DNA of 64,000 nucleotides from a virus (lineage: Duplodnaviria; Heunggongvirae; Uroviricota; Caudoviricetes), in the IMG/VR virus record IMGVR_UViG_3300006143_000285. One strand, written 5' to 3'. Below, in pieces: positions 39,450-49,578 of this stretch. The position numbers and the translations under genes were made by a program. Position 1 is the stretch's first letter, and every line of letters begins with the position of its first letter. The notes below the pieces were generated by a model, which saw nothing but the letters and a program-made list of their open reading frames with translations, had not been told where the DNA came from and made no database searches.

Positions 39450-40522
39450 ACTCAATAATTATGCCAAATCAGGAAACTAAAATCGTATGCCCCGTATGTG
39501 GAGCCAACTTCGCAATTCCCGCACATCAGCACATCGCAACCGGTGTAGCAGTGGGAAAAGACAGCAATCTTGGAACTGTCGCTCTTACTCTTGACAGTGA
39601 ACAACCCCAATCTGGCAGACTCTCAGCTGACGATAAGCTGACAGCTCTCCGTAACGCTGGGGTCAATGTCGCGAACTTGTTCTCAATGCGTGGAGCGTCT
39701 GGAGAAAGCAAGATTGTTCGTATGGTCAACAATCAGGTTGTAGAAGTGCCTGACAACGACCCCATATTCGCTAAGATTATGGCAGGCGGTACAATTCCTA
39801 ATCGCCGTCTATTCCGTCGTTGGGTGATGGCTCAGGCATTCCACATGCTTGTCGCTCCCGGCGGCTTTACTGAAGCTCTCAATCGAAAGGGTTATCAGTA
39901 TTCGTGGGAAATGCTTCTCGAAGAGCTGCGTGTTCAGGCTAAACTTGAGGTAACTGATATTGAGAATTTTGTTGAACGTAATCGCTGGTTCAACAAGGCT
40001 GTAGCAATCGGAATGGCCAAAGACTATCTCGCTCAACTCAAAGTAATCGTGAAAGATCGACATGTGCGTAAATGTCAAGGTCGCAAATATATCCGCATCT
40101 GTCATCGAAACATATTCGTTGACAATGTGGAAGCTGAAGTGTGGGGGCCTCTGACGGTGTGGTACAACCACATCAATGAAGCCAACAATACCGCAGAACT
40201 ATATCTGGCTGTTAAAGGGTTTTATAAAGCGGTTAAGAATTGCTATGTCAAATCAAGCATGAGACAGGCTGGCATCTTCAAAGGTGCATACAAAGGAGCG
40301 GGTGCATTCTTCACGCTCAAAAATCTTATCCTCTTTCACGGATGTCGTATGTACGTTGAAGGCCGAGCCTTATCTCAGATTGGCTCTATCAAAAAGCTCC
40401 ACGACAAGGCCGCAGAACACCAAACTGACGGTTGGAAACTGTTCGGCTTGATGAAGAAATTCATTGAGGACAATGACATTGACATAAAAGCAAAAATGGC
40501 CGGATGGCGCAAAAGAAAATGA
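39431..40522 (+). CDS. hypothetical protein (N-terminal CxxC)
   Basis: 363-aa ORF. Confidence 0.4.
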   Translation: MDYQTVNSIIMPNQETKIVCPVCGANFAIPAHQHIATGVAVGKDSNLGTVALTLDSEQPQSGRLSADDKLTALRNAGVNVANLFSMRGASGESKIVRMVNNQVVEVPDNDPIFAKIMAGGTIPNRRLFRRWVMAQAFHMLVAPGGFTEALNRKGYQYSWEMLLEELRVQAKLEVTDIENFVERNRWFNKAVAIGMAKDYLAQLKVIVKDRHVRKCQGRKYIRICHRNIFVDNVEAEVWGPLTVWYNHINEANNTAELYLAVKGFYKAVKNCYVKSSMRQAGIFKGAYKGAGAFFTLKNLILFHGCRMYVEGRALSQIGSIKKLHDKAAEHQTDGWKLFGLMKKFIEDNDIDIKAKMAGWRKRK

Positions 40523-40523
40523 C

Positions 40524-41111
40524 ATGCCGCACAAAGAATATCTCAAGATAGGCGAAATCAAAAATATCAACGGAGAGATGTTTGTCAAACGTGGTCTATA
40601 TGATGATGGGCTCACGTTTGGCAGCATCTTCAAAGATGAAGAAGCCTACGAAAAAGACTGGGATGCTGTTTGCTATATTCCAGAAGCATGTTTTGCCGAC
40701 ATTGAACCTGATAAAGATGGGTTCTATCAAATTGATGGCGGATATACCCACAACGATTTGCTGTGTTTGTGCAACTACAACCGAGAATTATGCGATGATT
40801 TTTTCAATGGTTGCAAATGGGCTTGTCCTGAAACATACTGGCTTGAATGGGACGAAGCTGAAGATATTGCATATTATTATCGCTTTATCAAACCCGGAGC
40901 AAAGGTGTGGTGGCATGACCCAGCTGGTGAAACATCTGGAATTTACGAAGTGTTTGGCGTTCCCTTTGAATTTGACGAGCGCGGTCATCTAATCGACTCG
41001 GAAAGTTTTGCATTAGACGCAATCATTCTCATTGGTACAGAAGACTCTGAAGCCGAGGTGACACCCAATGAATTAACTCCAATATATCCCGACTTAATAA
41101 TTAACAAATAA
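40524..41111 (+). CDS. hypothetical protein
   Basis: 195-aa ORF. Confidence 0.4.
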   Translation: MPHKEYLKIGEIKNINGEMFVKRGLYDDGLTFGSIFKDEEAYEKDWDAVCYIPEACFADIEPDKDGFYQIDGGYTHNDLLCLCNYNRELCDDFFNGCKWACPETYWLEWDEAEDIAYYYRFIKPGAKVWWHDPAGETSGIYEVFGVPFEFDERGHLIDSESFALDAIILIGTEDSEAEVTPNELTPIYPDLIINK

Positions 41112-41542
41112 ACTAAAATGCCAAGAAAGAAAAATCAAACCACAGAGTCAACGACTCGTCCGGCTGCTTATCAGCCCCAACAAGGCAGCAAGGCTACTCT
41201 CAGCCTTGCAGACTTTACCGATGACAACATATTTGCAGAACTTCGCCGTCGAGGTTACAATGGGGAACTGCGTAGAACTGACATCAAGGTTGTATGACAG
41301 TAGGAATCATTGAGGATTATGGGTGCAAACACATGTGCCCATACCTCACCTCCGGCATCCGATGCACAAGGGAAAACAAAGCAGAATGTAACTACAGGAA
41401 GCTGTTTTCTCGTCTCAATTCCACAAGAGCTCAAGAAGATTTGGGGTCACTGCTCACAGAAGACGCCCTAATTGCAGCGTTGAGAGCCAAAGGATATTCC
41501 GGTGAATTAAAGAAAACTCAAGTAGTTAGAATATAATTAAAT

Positions 41543-41815
41543 ATGCCTCAAAAAGTTTATATTCCCCACGTCTCTGGAGAGATGGACGGTGAAAAATTTG
41601 ACTCCATACTTGGTGTATATACCGATAAGGAGAAAGCAAAAGAAATCCTTCAAGATGATATTGCAGATGTCAAACGTAGTTGGACCAATATTGATTTTGA
41701 TGACCCTAAAGATTGGGAAGAATATAAGTCAGATGACGGAATGTCCTACGAAGGCTTCACACCTTGCGATGACTACAGCTATGACGGCTGTGTTGAAGAA
41801 CACGAAATACAATAA
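41543..41815 (+). CDS. small acidic hypothetical protein
   Basis: 90-aa ORF. Confidence 0.3.
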   Translation: MPQKVYIPHVSGEMDGEKFDSILGVYTDKEKAKEILQDDIADVKRSWTNIDFDDPKDWEEYKSDDGMSYEGFTPCDDYSYDGCVEEHEIQ

Positions 41816-41860
41816 TTCACTAACACAATAAACCAATAATCGCGTATGAAATGAAGTAGT

Positions 41861-43091
41861 CAAGACTTAATCTGACAATTACGGATAAAAACATTACCTT
41901 TGTAAAAAGAAAAGATTAAGCCATGACCACATCAGAAAAAGTCATCAAGAACAAACTGGGACTGTTGGAACTGTCCCAGCAACTGGGCAACGTGTCGCGC
42001 GCCTGCAAGATAATGGGCTACAGCCGCGACAGCTTCTACCGCTTCAAGGAACTATACGAGCAGGGCGGAGAACTCGCGTTGCAGGAGATATCGCGCCGCA
42101 AGCCGGTGATAAAGAACCGAGTTGAGGAGCGCATAGAGAACGCCGTCGTGCAGATGGCCTTCGAGAACCCGGCACTCGGACAGGTGCGCGTGTCCAACGA
42201 ACTGCGCAAGAGGGGCATAATGGTCTCGCAGGGAGGGGTGCGCTCCATATGGCTGCGCCACGATCTGGAGACTTTTCAGAAACGCCTGAAAGCACTGTCG
42301 GCCAAAGTCGAGCAGGAAGGGATAATCCTTGACGAAACGCAGGTGGCGGCTCTGGAGAAGGCAAAGGCCGAGAAACAGGCACACGGCGAGATCGAGACGT
42401 TCCACCCCGGCTTCCTTGTGGCCCAGGACACATATTATGTGGGTCATATCAAGGGCGTGGGACACATCTACCAGCAGACCGTGATAGACACATATTCCAA
42501 AATCGGCTTCGCCAAACTGTACGACCGTAAGAATGCCCTTGTCGCCGCCGACATGCTCAACGACCGCGTCGTGCCTTTCTTTGAGCAGCACGACCTCAAG
42601 GTGATGAGGATGCTCACCGACCGGGGAACGGAGTACTGCGGCAACCGTGAGACCCACGAGTTCGAGCTGTACCTCGCAATCGAGGACATAGACCACTCAA
42701 GGATAAAGGCCAAAAGCCCGCAGACCAACGGCATCTGCGAGAGGTTCAACAGAACCGTACAGAACGAGTTCTACGCCATTGCGTTCCGCAAGAAGATATA
42801 CACATCCATCGATCAGCTTCAGGCTGACCTCGACGCGTGGATGAGCCACTACAACACCGAGAGAACCCACTCCGGAAAATACTGCTTTGGCAAAACCCCT
42901 ATGCAGACTTTCATCGAGGGTATCGCCGTGGCAAGGAGGTACGACATACAGCACCAGGGGCTACACTCGCAAGAGGGGGAGACTCAAAATATCTCCACCT
43001 CTTGCGCAACTGAACCCAAATCACTAAATTTGTCAACACAATCTGACAATTTTTTCTCGGTGAAATAATTTATTTGTCAGATGAAGTCTTG
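41861..43091 (+). mobile_element. IS481-family-like insertion sequence with imperfect terminal inverted repeats
   Basis: Left end caagacttaatctgacaa (41861..41878). Right end tttgtcagatgaagtcttg (43073..43091), which is the reverse complement caagacttcatctgacaa, a 17/18 match. Internal GC is clearly higher than the flanking phage DNA. Confidence 0.75.
41923..43068 (+). CDS. DDE transposase (IS481-family-like; rve integrase-core)
   Basis: 381 aa. N-terminal HTH, then DDE core containing LTDRGTEYCG and ICERFNRTVQNEFY motifs typical of IS481 and IS3 rve-domain transposases. Confidence 0.8.
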   Translation: MTTSEKVIKNKLGLLELSQQLGNVSRACKIMGYSRDSFYRFKELYEQGGELALQEISRRKPVIKNRVEERIENAVVQMAFENPALGQVRVSNELRKRGIMVSQGGVRSIWLRHDLETFQKRLKALSAKVEQEGIILDETQVAALEKAKAEKQAHGEIETFHPGFLVAQDTYYVGHIKGVGHIYQQTVIDTYSKIGFAKLYDRKNALVAADMLNDRVVPFFEQHDLKVMRMLTDRGTEYCGNRETHEFELYLAIEDIDHSRIKAKSPQTNGICERFNRTVQNEFYAIAFRKKIYTSIDQLQADLDAWMSHYNTERTHSGKYCFGKTPMQTFIEGIAVARRYDIQHQGLHSQEGETQNISTSCATEPKSLNLSTQSDNFFSVK

Positions 43092-43699
43092 TCTATTACA
43101 AAATTAGCAACTCAGACGACATCCTACACTATGACTTGTGCATCTTCCCTCTTTGGAAATCTGGGTTATGGTGTGTCAAATACAACGGTCATTCTGGTGA
43201 TTTGAAAACCATGAGTGCGAAAGATCTGATGAAATGTGCATTTGAAATGCTGAAATGGGTTCTTGTGAATCATCCAGACAAAATTAAATTATGCAATGGA
43301 AGCGAATGATAACAAATCAAAACGTTCTAAACATGTGATAATAGACAGAGAAGACTATGAACAGCTCTGTAAATATAGACGGTACATTACTCATTGGTGC
43401 AATAGCCCTATGCCATGTAAAACATGTGGTGAACTCAACCCTCAAGGTTATGTGTGTATTTCATGTGGAGACACCTCGCCAACTTCATATCATTAAATAA
43501 TGAAAGATACAAAAAGAATAAATCTCAAAGGCACTACCTGCATAGTGGCAGCCAAATGGAGCGTCTTCTATGGGAAAGAAGTAGAAGTTATCTCATCAGC
43601 AGATCTTATCATAGATGGTCAGCCACAATGGAACTGTATCTGTAAAGATGGAAGCGGTGGAGGTATATTGCCACAAAACGCATTAAAACCAGTATAATT

Positions 43700-44077
43700 A
43701 TGAAATACCATTTTGCAAAAGTCGCAATGAAGCATGATGACCCTGCGGAGGGTTGTTGGTACTTTGTGGCCCGAAATGAGCAACAACTCCGCGAACATTG
43801 GGAGAAGTATGCTGGTGCTGACATCAGAGCAGGCGTTCAGCAACTTGCTGAAGGATTGTCTGGCAGCTTTCGTGGCCATTGGACAAGCAATTTCGCAAGT
43901 CTTGTAGCGATGAAATGTGAGATACAGAATCAACCGTATTTCATTCAAGCTGTGTTGCTGGAGAACGAACTGTTTCAAAATCGACTTCGCGATCTTAAAA
44001 AGTATGGAGAAGTTTGGCTTGCACACAATCTCACGGTGTTTGGTTATACCCCACAATTTCATAAGATTGTTGAATAA
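43700..44077 (+). CDS. hypothetical protein
   Basis: 125-aa ORF. Confidence 0.3.
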   Translation: MKYHFAKVAMKHDDPAEGCWYFVARNEQQLREHWEKYAGADIRAGVQQLAEGLSGSFRGHWTSNFASLVAMKCEIQNQPYFIQAVLLENELFQNRLRDLKKYGEVWLAHNLTVFGYTPQFHKIVE

Positions 44078-44283
44078 GAGGATTCAGACAATCTGATTTA
44101 CCCAGATGAGAAGCGACCAACAATAGCTGATGTTCGTTTCTTGCGGTGGGGAGGTGGCGAGCACTGGTATGCCAAAATCGGTATCATTGACATTGTTGAT
44201 GAAAATGGTAATCAGAAATGGAATACCTACGGAGAGGCCAAACAAGCCTCTCTTGATTACATTAACCGTAATTATCCAAAGAA

Positions 44284-44628
44284 ATGAAAGCTAAAATAAA
44301 AGCAACTGGAGAGGTTGTTGAAGTTGAACAGTTAACCCGAACAACCGCAGTATGTCTTGCAAATGGTAAAATATACAATAAACAGCAGCTTGACATCAAC
44401 ATCGACAGCCCTCAACCCACTGCGACCATAGAGGGCTGGGTGGCGAGAGATGGAGATAACCTTCTATATTTCTATTACACCCCTTGCCGCGCGCGAGGGA
44501 AAAGTTCACATTGGACATCAATGGCAGTGGGTTCTCCGTTCCAACTCCCTTCCAATATCTTCCCCGACCTCACATGGCAAGATGAACCTATCGAAGTTGA
44601 AATCACAATCAAACCGAAAGAAAGATGA
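44284..44628 (+). CDS. hypothetical protein
   Basis: 114-aa ORF. Confidence 0.3.
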   Translation: MKAKIKATGEVVEVEQLTRTTAVCLANGKIYNKQQLDINIDSPQPTATIEGWVARDGDNLLYFYYTPCRARGKSSHWTSMAVGSPFQLPSNIFPDLTWQDEPIEVEITIKPKER

Positions 44629-44862
44629 AGTTAGCTAAATACACGCTATTTATAGAACTTCTACATCCAGAAGATCTGAATGTCGAAGAACTTGAAGATA
44701 TGATTAACGAGCAATTACTTGATCAATGTGCTGTTAGCGGGCACTGTCAATTGATTGAGGATAAGTCAGTAGTCGTATCAGATGAGGATATTGAAAATGA
44801 GTATGGTGTTTTTGATGCTCGTCCTCTCAATCGCATAATCACATCCCCTGAAATGTGGGAAA

Positions 44863-45210
44863 ATGAAATCAATAAATGGCTGGATAATGGATAACAATCT
44901 TGATAAACTTCGTCATGAACTGGATGAGGCAGCACAACACAAGATTCTAACATCTGCGTCAGATTCATTAGAACAATTCACTGACCAAGAGCTCCGCGAT
45001 GAACTAAAACGTCGCGCTATGGCACGAAAAGCTGCCAATGTCGTTCTTCGCTGTCGTGATTGCCGATACTGCGGTGAAGGCTGCTGTAATAAAAGTAGCC
45101 GGTACAAGACCTCAGTGTGTTTTCTGAAACCTAAACCACAAGTAGGTCCTGACCGCTACTATGCGACTCTCCATTCAAGAAAGGTTTGTGATAAATTTGA
45201 ACCGAAATGA
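44863..45210 (+). CDS. Cys-rich hypothetical protein
   Basis: CRDCRYCGEGCCNK cluster. Confidence 0.3.
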   Translation: MKSINGWIMDNNLDKLRHELDEAAQHKILTSASDSLEQFTDQELRDELKRRAMARKAANVVLRCRDCRYCGEGCCNKSSRYKTSVCFLKPKPQVGPDRYYATLHSRKVCDKFEPK

Positions 45211-45629
45211 GATACAAAATTGTCATTACAATAGATTCTCGTGGAGAAGGACAGTATCGCATTTATAAACGATTCTTGCGGTTCTTTTGGATTCCGTTCT
45301 ATGAGCCAATTCTGCGCACACTTTCTTATTTGGAAGGTGGTGGAAGTAAAGTCGTGCGTACACATAAAGCCTACTGTTCAATGCGCGAAGCTGAAGATGC
45401 TCTTAAAAAATACCCTTTATCCACACAAGAATACAAAGGCATTATTTTGTATGATGCAAATATGTGTGATGTATGTGGAAGACCTTGGTGGTATGCAAAA
45501 AGATGGACAAATGATGTCGGAAATTATTGCGTGTATGGGACATTGGGCGACTGCAAACGTGAAATTGAGGCTCGCCTACGTCAAAAACGTTGGGCCAAAT
45601 TTAAAGAATCAAAAATAATAGATATATGA
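45207..45629 (+). CDS. hypothetical protein
   Basis: 140-aa ORF containing a CDVCGRPWWYAKRW motif. Confidence 0.35.
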   Translation: MRYKIVITIDSRGEGQYRIYKRFLRFFWIPFYEPILRTLSYLEGGGSKVVRTHKAYCSMREAEDALKKYPLSTQEYKGIILYDANMCDVCGRPWWYAKRWTNDVGNYCVYGTLGDCKREIEARLRQKRWAKFKESKIIDI

Positions 45630-45856
45630 ATAAACAACGAAGACAAGATTTGTTGGATGTTTCAGCTCTACTGAGTGAAGCATCTGACCGGCTTAATGAA
45701 ATCCGAGAAGAAGAACAAGAAGCGTTTGACAATATGCCTGAAGGTCTCCAGTGTTCCAGCCGTGGAGAAACCATGCAAGAGGCGATTGACACGATGGATG
45801 AGTGGAATTCAGACATCGAGGACATCAAAAGCCGGATTGAGGAATTTGCTCAGTAG
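45626..45856 (+). CDS. small acidic hypothetical protein
   Basis: 76-aa ORF. Confidence 0.3.
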   Translation: MNKQRRQDLLDVSALLSEASDRLNEIREEEQEAFDNMPEGLQCSSRGETMQEAIDTMDEWNSDIEDIKSRIEEFAQ

Positions 45857-45883
45857 ATTAGTGGTAAAACCGTCAAAATTGGT

Positions 45884-45891
45884 TAACTTTG
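45884..45891 (+). promoter_or_regulatory. -7 TAACTTTG promoter element upstream of the membrane-protein moron
   Basis: ggtTAACTTTGcaattg, about 42 nt upstream of the ATG at 45933. Confidence 0.35.
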
Positions 45892-45932
45892 CAATTGTAT
45901 CATTGAATATTATAGATGCAAAACTCAATAAA

Positions 45933-46598
45933 ATGAAATGGAATAATAGAACATATAAACGGCTTCGGTTCATCATATATTGGCTTTTACAGTTAGCCTC
46001 TATGTGTTGGGCTGCGCCTATCATATTTGAATATCACCCATTATTGGGACCCATTGGCGTTCTGATGGCTTCAGTAATATCTACGGTGATAGTATCTACT
46101 TCAGCACAGAGAGTGCTTAATAGTCACAATCCTGATAAATATGATGTATTTCCGCTTATTGGGATTGGCTTATTGGGATTAGTTATAGTGCCTATTACTA
46201 TGTACTTTTCTGGTTTTAGTTCATCAATAGAAGACATCTTTAGAAAACATAATTTTACAATATGCGATTTGAAGTTAATGCTTCCATTAGTTGTGTGTTT
46301 ATCTGAATTAGCTTTTGAAATACGTTACAATATCAATTTTTGTTATAGTTCAGACGATTATGAATTAATAGTACCGTCATATAGAATTATAGTATTGACT
46401 GTGTGGCTATTCTTTGTGCCATACTGGCTATTAAAATGGATATTTTATAGCAGTGGAACAAATGACTTTTTTGTAACTATGCTTCGATTTGTAGGCATGA
46501 TTGCATGTCCAATCTTAATACTTTTATTGGCAGTGTTGTATTATTTAATGCCACCATTATATATTTTAAAAAAGTATTATAGAAAGCACAATGATTAA
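45933..46598 (+). CDS. polytopic membrane protein, very AT-rich (moron-like; superinfection-exclusion or Abi-like candidate)
   Basis: About 221 aa from the internal Met (MKWNNRTYK...). At least 5 predicted TM helices. GC is markedly lower than the neighbours, and the gene has its own -7 element. Confidence 0.45.
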   Translation: MKWNNRTYKRLRFIIYWLLQLASMCWAAPIIFEYHPLLGPIGVLMASVISTVIVSTSAQRVLNSHNPDKYDVFPLIGIGLLGLVIVPITMYFSGFSSSIEDIFRKHNFTICDLKLMLPLVVCLSELAFEIRYNINFCYSSDDYELIVPSYRIIVLTVWLFFVPYWLLKWIFYSSGTNDFFVTMLRFVGMIACPILILLLAVLYYLMPPLYILKKYYRKHND

Positions 46599-46947
46599 AC
46601 TCCAAGAACAAGAAATACAGAAGCTCTCGTCCATCACAGAACTTTCACCGATGCAGATTCAAAAACTGCTGGCGATGGGCCTGATTGACGAGAGTCGAGC
46701 TCTGGATGCCTTGATATTGTATGACTTTAAGAGAATCAAGCGACGCAAGCAATATAAGGTTGGGCAGATTATAGAGGCAGTTATGGAGAAATACAAAGTG
46801 CCTCGATCCAGAGTTGAACGTATAATTTATAACAAAAAGCGCAAGCGTTATTATTGTGATAAATGCGCTAAAGAAATCACGAACAGAGAAAAAAAGCGAG
46901 GTAATGGAAAATGTGATCATTGCGTCGCTTTAGAAATAGATGTTTAA
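46591..46947 (+). CDS. DNA-binding protein with C-terminal zinc ribbon
   Basis: CDKC...CDHC ribbon and a basic region. Confidence 0.35.
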   Translation: MIKLQEQEIQKLSSITELSPMQIQKLLAMGLIDESRALDALILYDFKRIKRRKQYKVGQIIEAVMEKYKVPRSRVERIIYNKKRKRYYCDKCAKEITNREKKRGNGKCDHCVALEIDV

Positions 46948-46954
46948 CTAATAA

Positions 46955-47284
46955 TTGCACAGTATGACAAGCCGCATTATTTCTGCCGGAGCGTACTTTC
47001 ATAAGAAGTACCCCGGCTCCTTAATTTTCTATCGTTTGGGAAATTCGTATGTAGCTTTTCAGGAGGATGCTGAACGAGCTGCAAAGATACTGCAAATGGT
47101 AATCACACCAACTCGTGAAGGAATTTCAAGTCTTTCCATTGTGCGCTCTCAGTTTCTTGACACAATGGAGTTGATTACAATGTGCGGTATAATGTTTCGT
47201 TGCATCACTTATCGTAATGACGATGGAGTATTTGCTATCCCAGATGTTAAAAGACTCCAAGAAGAGGAAGAAATGGATTATTAA
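46955..47284 (+). CDS. hypothetical protein
   Basis: 109-aa ORF. Confidence 0.3.
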   Translation: MHSMTSRIISAGAYFHKKYPGSLIFYRLGNSYVAFQEDAERAAKILQMVITPTREGISSLSIVRSQFLDTMELITMCGIMFRCITYRNDDGVFAIPDVKRLQEEEEMDY

Positions 47285-47436
47285 TGTCATTTTTTCAACC
47301 CTCAATTTTTGAGGATTGGATGAGTGATTGCATAAAGGTGTCCGACAGTAAGTTGGGCACCTTTTTCGTGTTATTTTATACTATATATTTATCCCTTATT
47401 AACAAATTTTTAGCCGAACAATTTCTGTTAAATATA

Positions 47437-47468
47437 CTTTGAGGACAAGTGTATAAACGCTAACTTTG
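47437..47468 (+). promoter_or_regulatory. Bacteroidetes-type promoter (-33 TTTG, -7 TAACTTTG)
   Basis: tacTTTGaggacaagtgtataaacgcTAACTTTGc, upstream of the 47531 gene. Confidence 0.45.
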
Positions 47469-47530
47469 CATCACCGGACAACCAACAAAGTCTGGCATTT
47501 AAGTGAAAATAATAAAAATCTTATATAAAC

Positions 47531-48124
47531 ATGGAACAGTTGAACAGGCCACAACCTAATGGCCCTGACAAGAAGATTATCATCGGCCCTGATGGTAAAA
47601 AGAAGTACCCTGAAGGCACTATCTTCACCAGACTCAAGTTCAAGAAGTCTGAAGTGAGCGGTATGCTAATCGGATTCGTTTCTCAGAATCCCAAAACCGG
47701 ACGTGTAAAAGGTGTCTGTGAAGATTCTGAGTTTCCTAAGCAAGTATGTATCGTTGACCAAACCATTGCTCCTGAGATTATCCTCGGTGCTTTGTATCAG
47801 GTCGCAATCGTGCCGATGTATAAAAAGAAGGGCTTTATAGTAATTGAGGCTACGCCATATCAATTCAAGGCAGACATCTCAACGTGCTATGTGCCCAAAG
47901 CCTGCTATATAGTTGAAGTCAAGTTTGGCAACAAGACCATTGTCTTCGATCCCAAGGATGGTCGCAAGGCATCGACTCGCACAATCGCCGGAGTGAAAGC
48001 ACTTCTTGAAAAGCGCATTGACGTTCAGAATATCACTCAGGTAGTTGAAGATTTTGTTGAAGCGGCAACTGACTTGCTGAAAAAATATGAGCGCGATGGG
48101 TTCTATGTTAGCAAAGGTGCCTAA
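47531..48124 (+). CDS. hypothetical protein
   Basis: 197-aa ORF with its own promoter. Confidence 0.4.
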   Translation: MEQLNRPQPNGPDKKIIIGPDGKKKYPEGTIFTRLKFKKSEVSGMLIGFVSQNPKTGRVKGVCEDSEFPKQVCIVDQTIAPEIILGALYQVAIVPMYKKKGFIVIEATPYQFKADISTCYVPKACYIVEVKFGNKTIVFDPKDGRKASTRTIAGVKALLEKRIDVQNITQVVEDFVEAATDLLKKYERDGFYVSKGA

Positions 48125-48337
48125 AGCCAAACTGCCGAGGAAGCGTAAGAAAAGAGCAATCAAAGCGCAAGGCCGGAAGTGGTACTACGACACGATTCTC
48201 TTTCATTACATCTGTCAGCGAGACCCTGTACTTGCAGAACGTAAGTGTAAGTTTTGGGATAATTCCAGTATTAAGCCACATGTTCGCTTGGTAAAAGGAA
48301 TTCCCATAATGGTTAACGAAGCTACCAGATTTTTCTG

Positions 48338-48733
48338 ATGAGTCACCCAACAGACGGCATCGCAACAGATGCAGCCCACTCAACAAAGCGAGGCGTTACA
48401 GAGTATCAAGGTATAGACCTTACAACCGGTGAGCGCATTTTCTACCGAAATCTCGGAAATCAAACCGTGAACATTGGTGAATTCTTGGCGGTAGTTGAAG
48501 CTGCAAAATATATCATCGAGAATGATTACGAGCCACGAGTGATATACACTGACAGTATGACTGCCTTGACGTGGTTCAAAAACAAGTCAACTGCTTCCAA
48601 TAAGAAAAATAGGGAACTTCAGAAAGCTGAAATATTCCTCAAAGCACTCTCGGCTGATATAGACACAATCGAAGTCAGGCATTGGGACAACAAACGCTGG
48701 GGTGAAACTCCTGCGGACTTTGGAAACAAGTAA
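48338..48733 (+). CDS. ribonuclease H-like protein
   Basis: 131 aa. GIATDAA...IGEFLAVVEAAKY...VIYTDSMTALTW...ADFGNK matches the RNase HI D-E-D-D layout. Confidence 0.5.
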   Translation: MSHPTDGIATDAAHSTKRGVTEYQGIDLTTGERIFYRNLGNQTVNIGEFLAVVEAAKYIIENDYEPRVIYTDSMTALTWFKNKSTASNKKNRELQKAEIFLKALSADIDTIEVRHWDNKRWGETPADFGNK

Positions 48734-49038
48734 CCTCCAGCAAGAGAACTGGAGGGTATAAGATATACGAAATCAAACTGCCGGAGGTCTTTACCTACCT
48801 TTGACAGCTCGGATAATGTTGGCGATGGCTTTCAAACATTTGGCTACGTCGAAGTCCACTCTTATTCGCAAGCATTTTCCAATTACAAGAGCTGACAACA
48901 CAACGATGAGTTGCATATCCACCTACAAAGTTAGGTAAAATCCTCCAAATTCGATGAAATTTTTACGATTTCATCAACCCAACAGCTTCAAAAGAGACTA
49001 TTCTCTTATGTAGCTTCTGATGAAGCTGTTTCTTATAT

Positions 49039-49110
49039 TGCGGGATAGAGCAGTGGTAGCTTGCTGGGCTCATTACCCAGAGGTCGTAGGTTCGAGTCCT
49101 ACTCCCGCTA
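49039..49110 (+). tRNA. tRNA-Met(CAT), initiator-like
   Basis: Cloverleaf with anticodon loop CTCATTA. GGG/CCC in the anticodon stem and a 1:72 mismatch, both initiator features. Confidence 0.7.
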
Positions 49111-49168
49111 CAAAGGCACTCACCAATATAGGGAGCCAGCTGAGAGGTTCACCACTCTCAGCAAAATC

Positions 49169-49252
49169 GGGCTACTGGCGAAATGGTAGACGCGCTGGTC
49201 TTAGGAACCAGTATCGAAAGGTGTGCAGGTTCGAGTCCTGCGTGGCCCACCA
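49169..49252 (+). tRNA. tRNA-Leu(TAG)
   Basis: Long variable arm, anticodon loop CTTAGGA. CCA is encoded. Confidence 0.7.
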
Positions 49253-49268
49253 ACAAATTCTAAAAGAT

Positions 49269-49481
49269 ATGGACACAGTATTCAACAACCGTCGTGATTC
49301 AGTGATTAGATCACTGCAAGACAATCAATCTGAAATCGCATTGCTTAATGCCGATATTGACAACAAAATTGCTGCACATAAGGCTGAGATAGCGATGCTA
49401 AAGCTCCAAAAGAAGGAGTTGAAACAGACTAAAGTACGTCACGGTTGGCTGCTGTCCATGTTAATTCGGTGGCTTAAATAA
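49269..49481 (+). CDS. small coiled-coil protein between tRNA genes
   Basis: 70-aa in-frame tail (MDTVFNNRRDSV...) of the 49020 track ORF. Its upstream part overlaps two tRNAs and is discarded. Confidence 0.3.
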   Translation: MDTVFNNRRDSVIRSLQDNQSEIALLNADIDNKIAAHKAEIAMLKLQKKELKQTKVRHGWLLSMLIRWLK

Positions 49482-49489
49482 ACTTCTAA

Positions 49490-49573
49490 GCTCCGGTGGC
49501 GGAATGGTAGACGCGAGGGACTTAAAATCCCTTGGTCATAGTGACCGTCTGGGTTCGACTCCCAGTCGGAGCA
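49490..49573 (+). tRNA. tRNA-Leu(TAA)
   Basis: Long variable arm, anticodon loop CTTAAAA. Confidence 0.7.
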
Positions 49574-49578
49574 CATAA

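Noticed and set aside
42036-42954. Antisense ORFs inside the IS transposase (42044..42433, 42052..42696, 42697..42954 and others)
   Set aside because: These are typical high-GC antisense artefacts overlapping a well-supported DDE transposase gene.
48990-49030. 16-bp perfect palindrome agcttctgatgaagct just upstream of the first tRNA
   Set aside because: It may simply be a processing or terminator-like element. There is too little context to call a feature.
49020-49481. 153-aa ORF (and similar track ORFs at 52122..52349, 52201..52743 and 52747..53172) overlapping tRNA genes
   Set aside because: The N-terminal parts are translations across tRNA genes. Only the in-frame tails after the last tRNA were kept as possible small genes (49269.., 52537.., 52837..).
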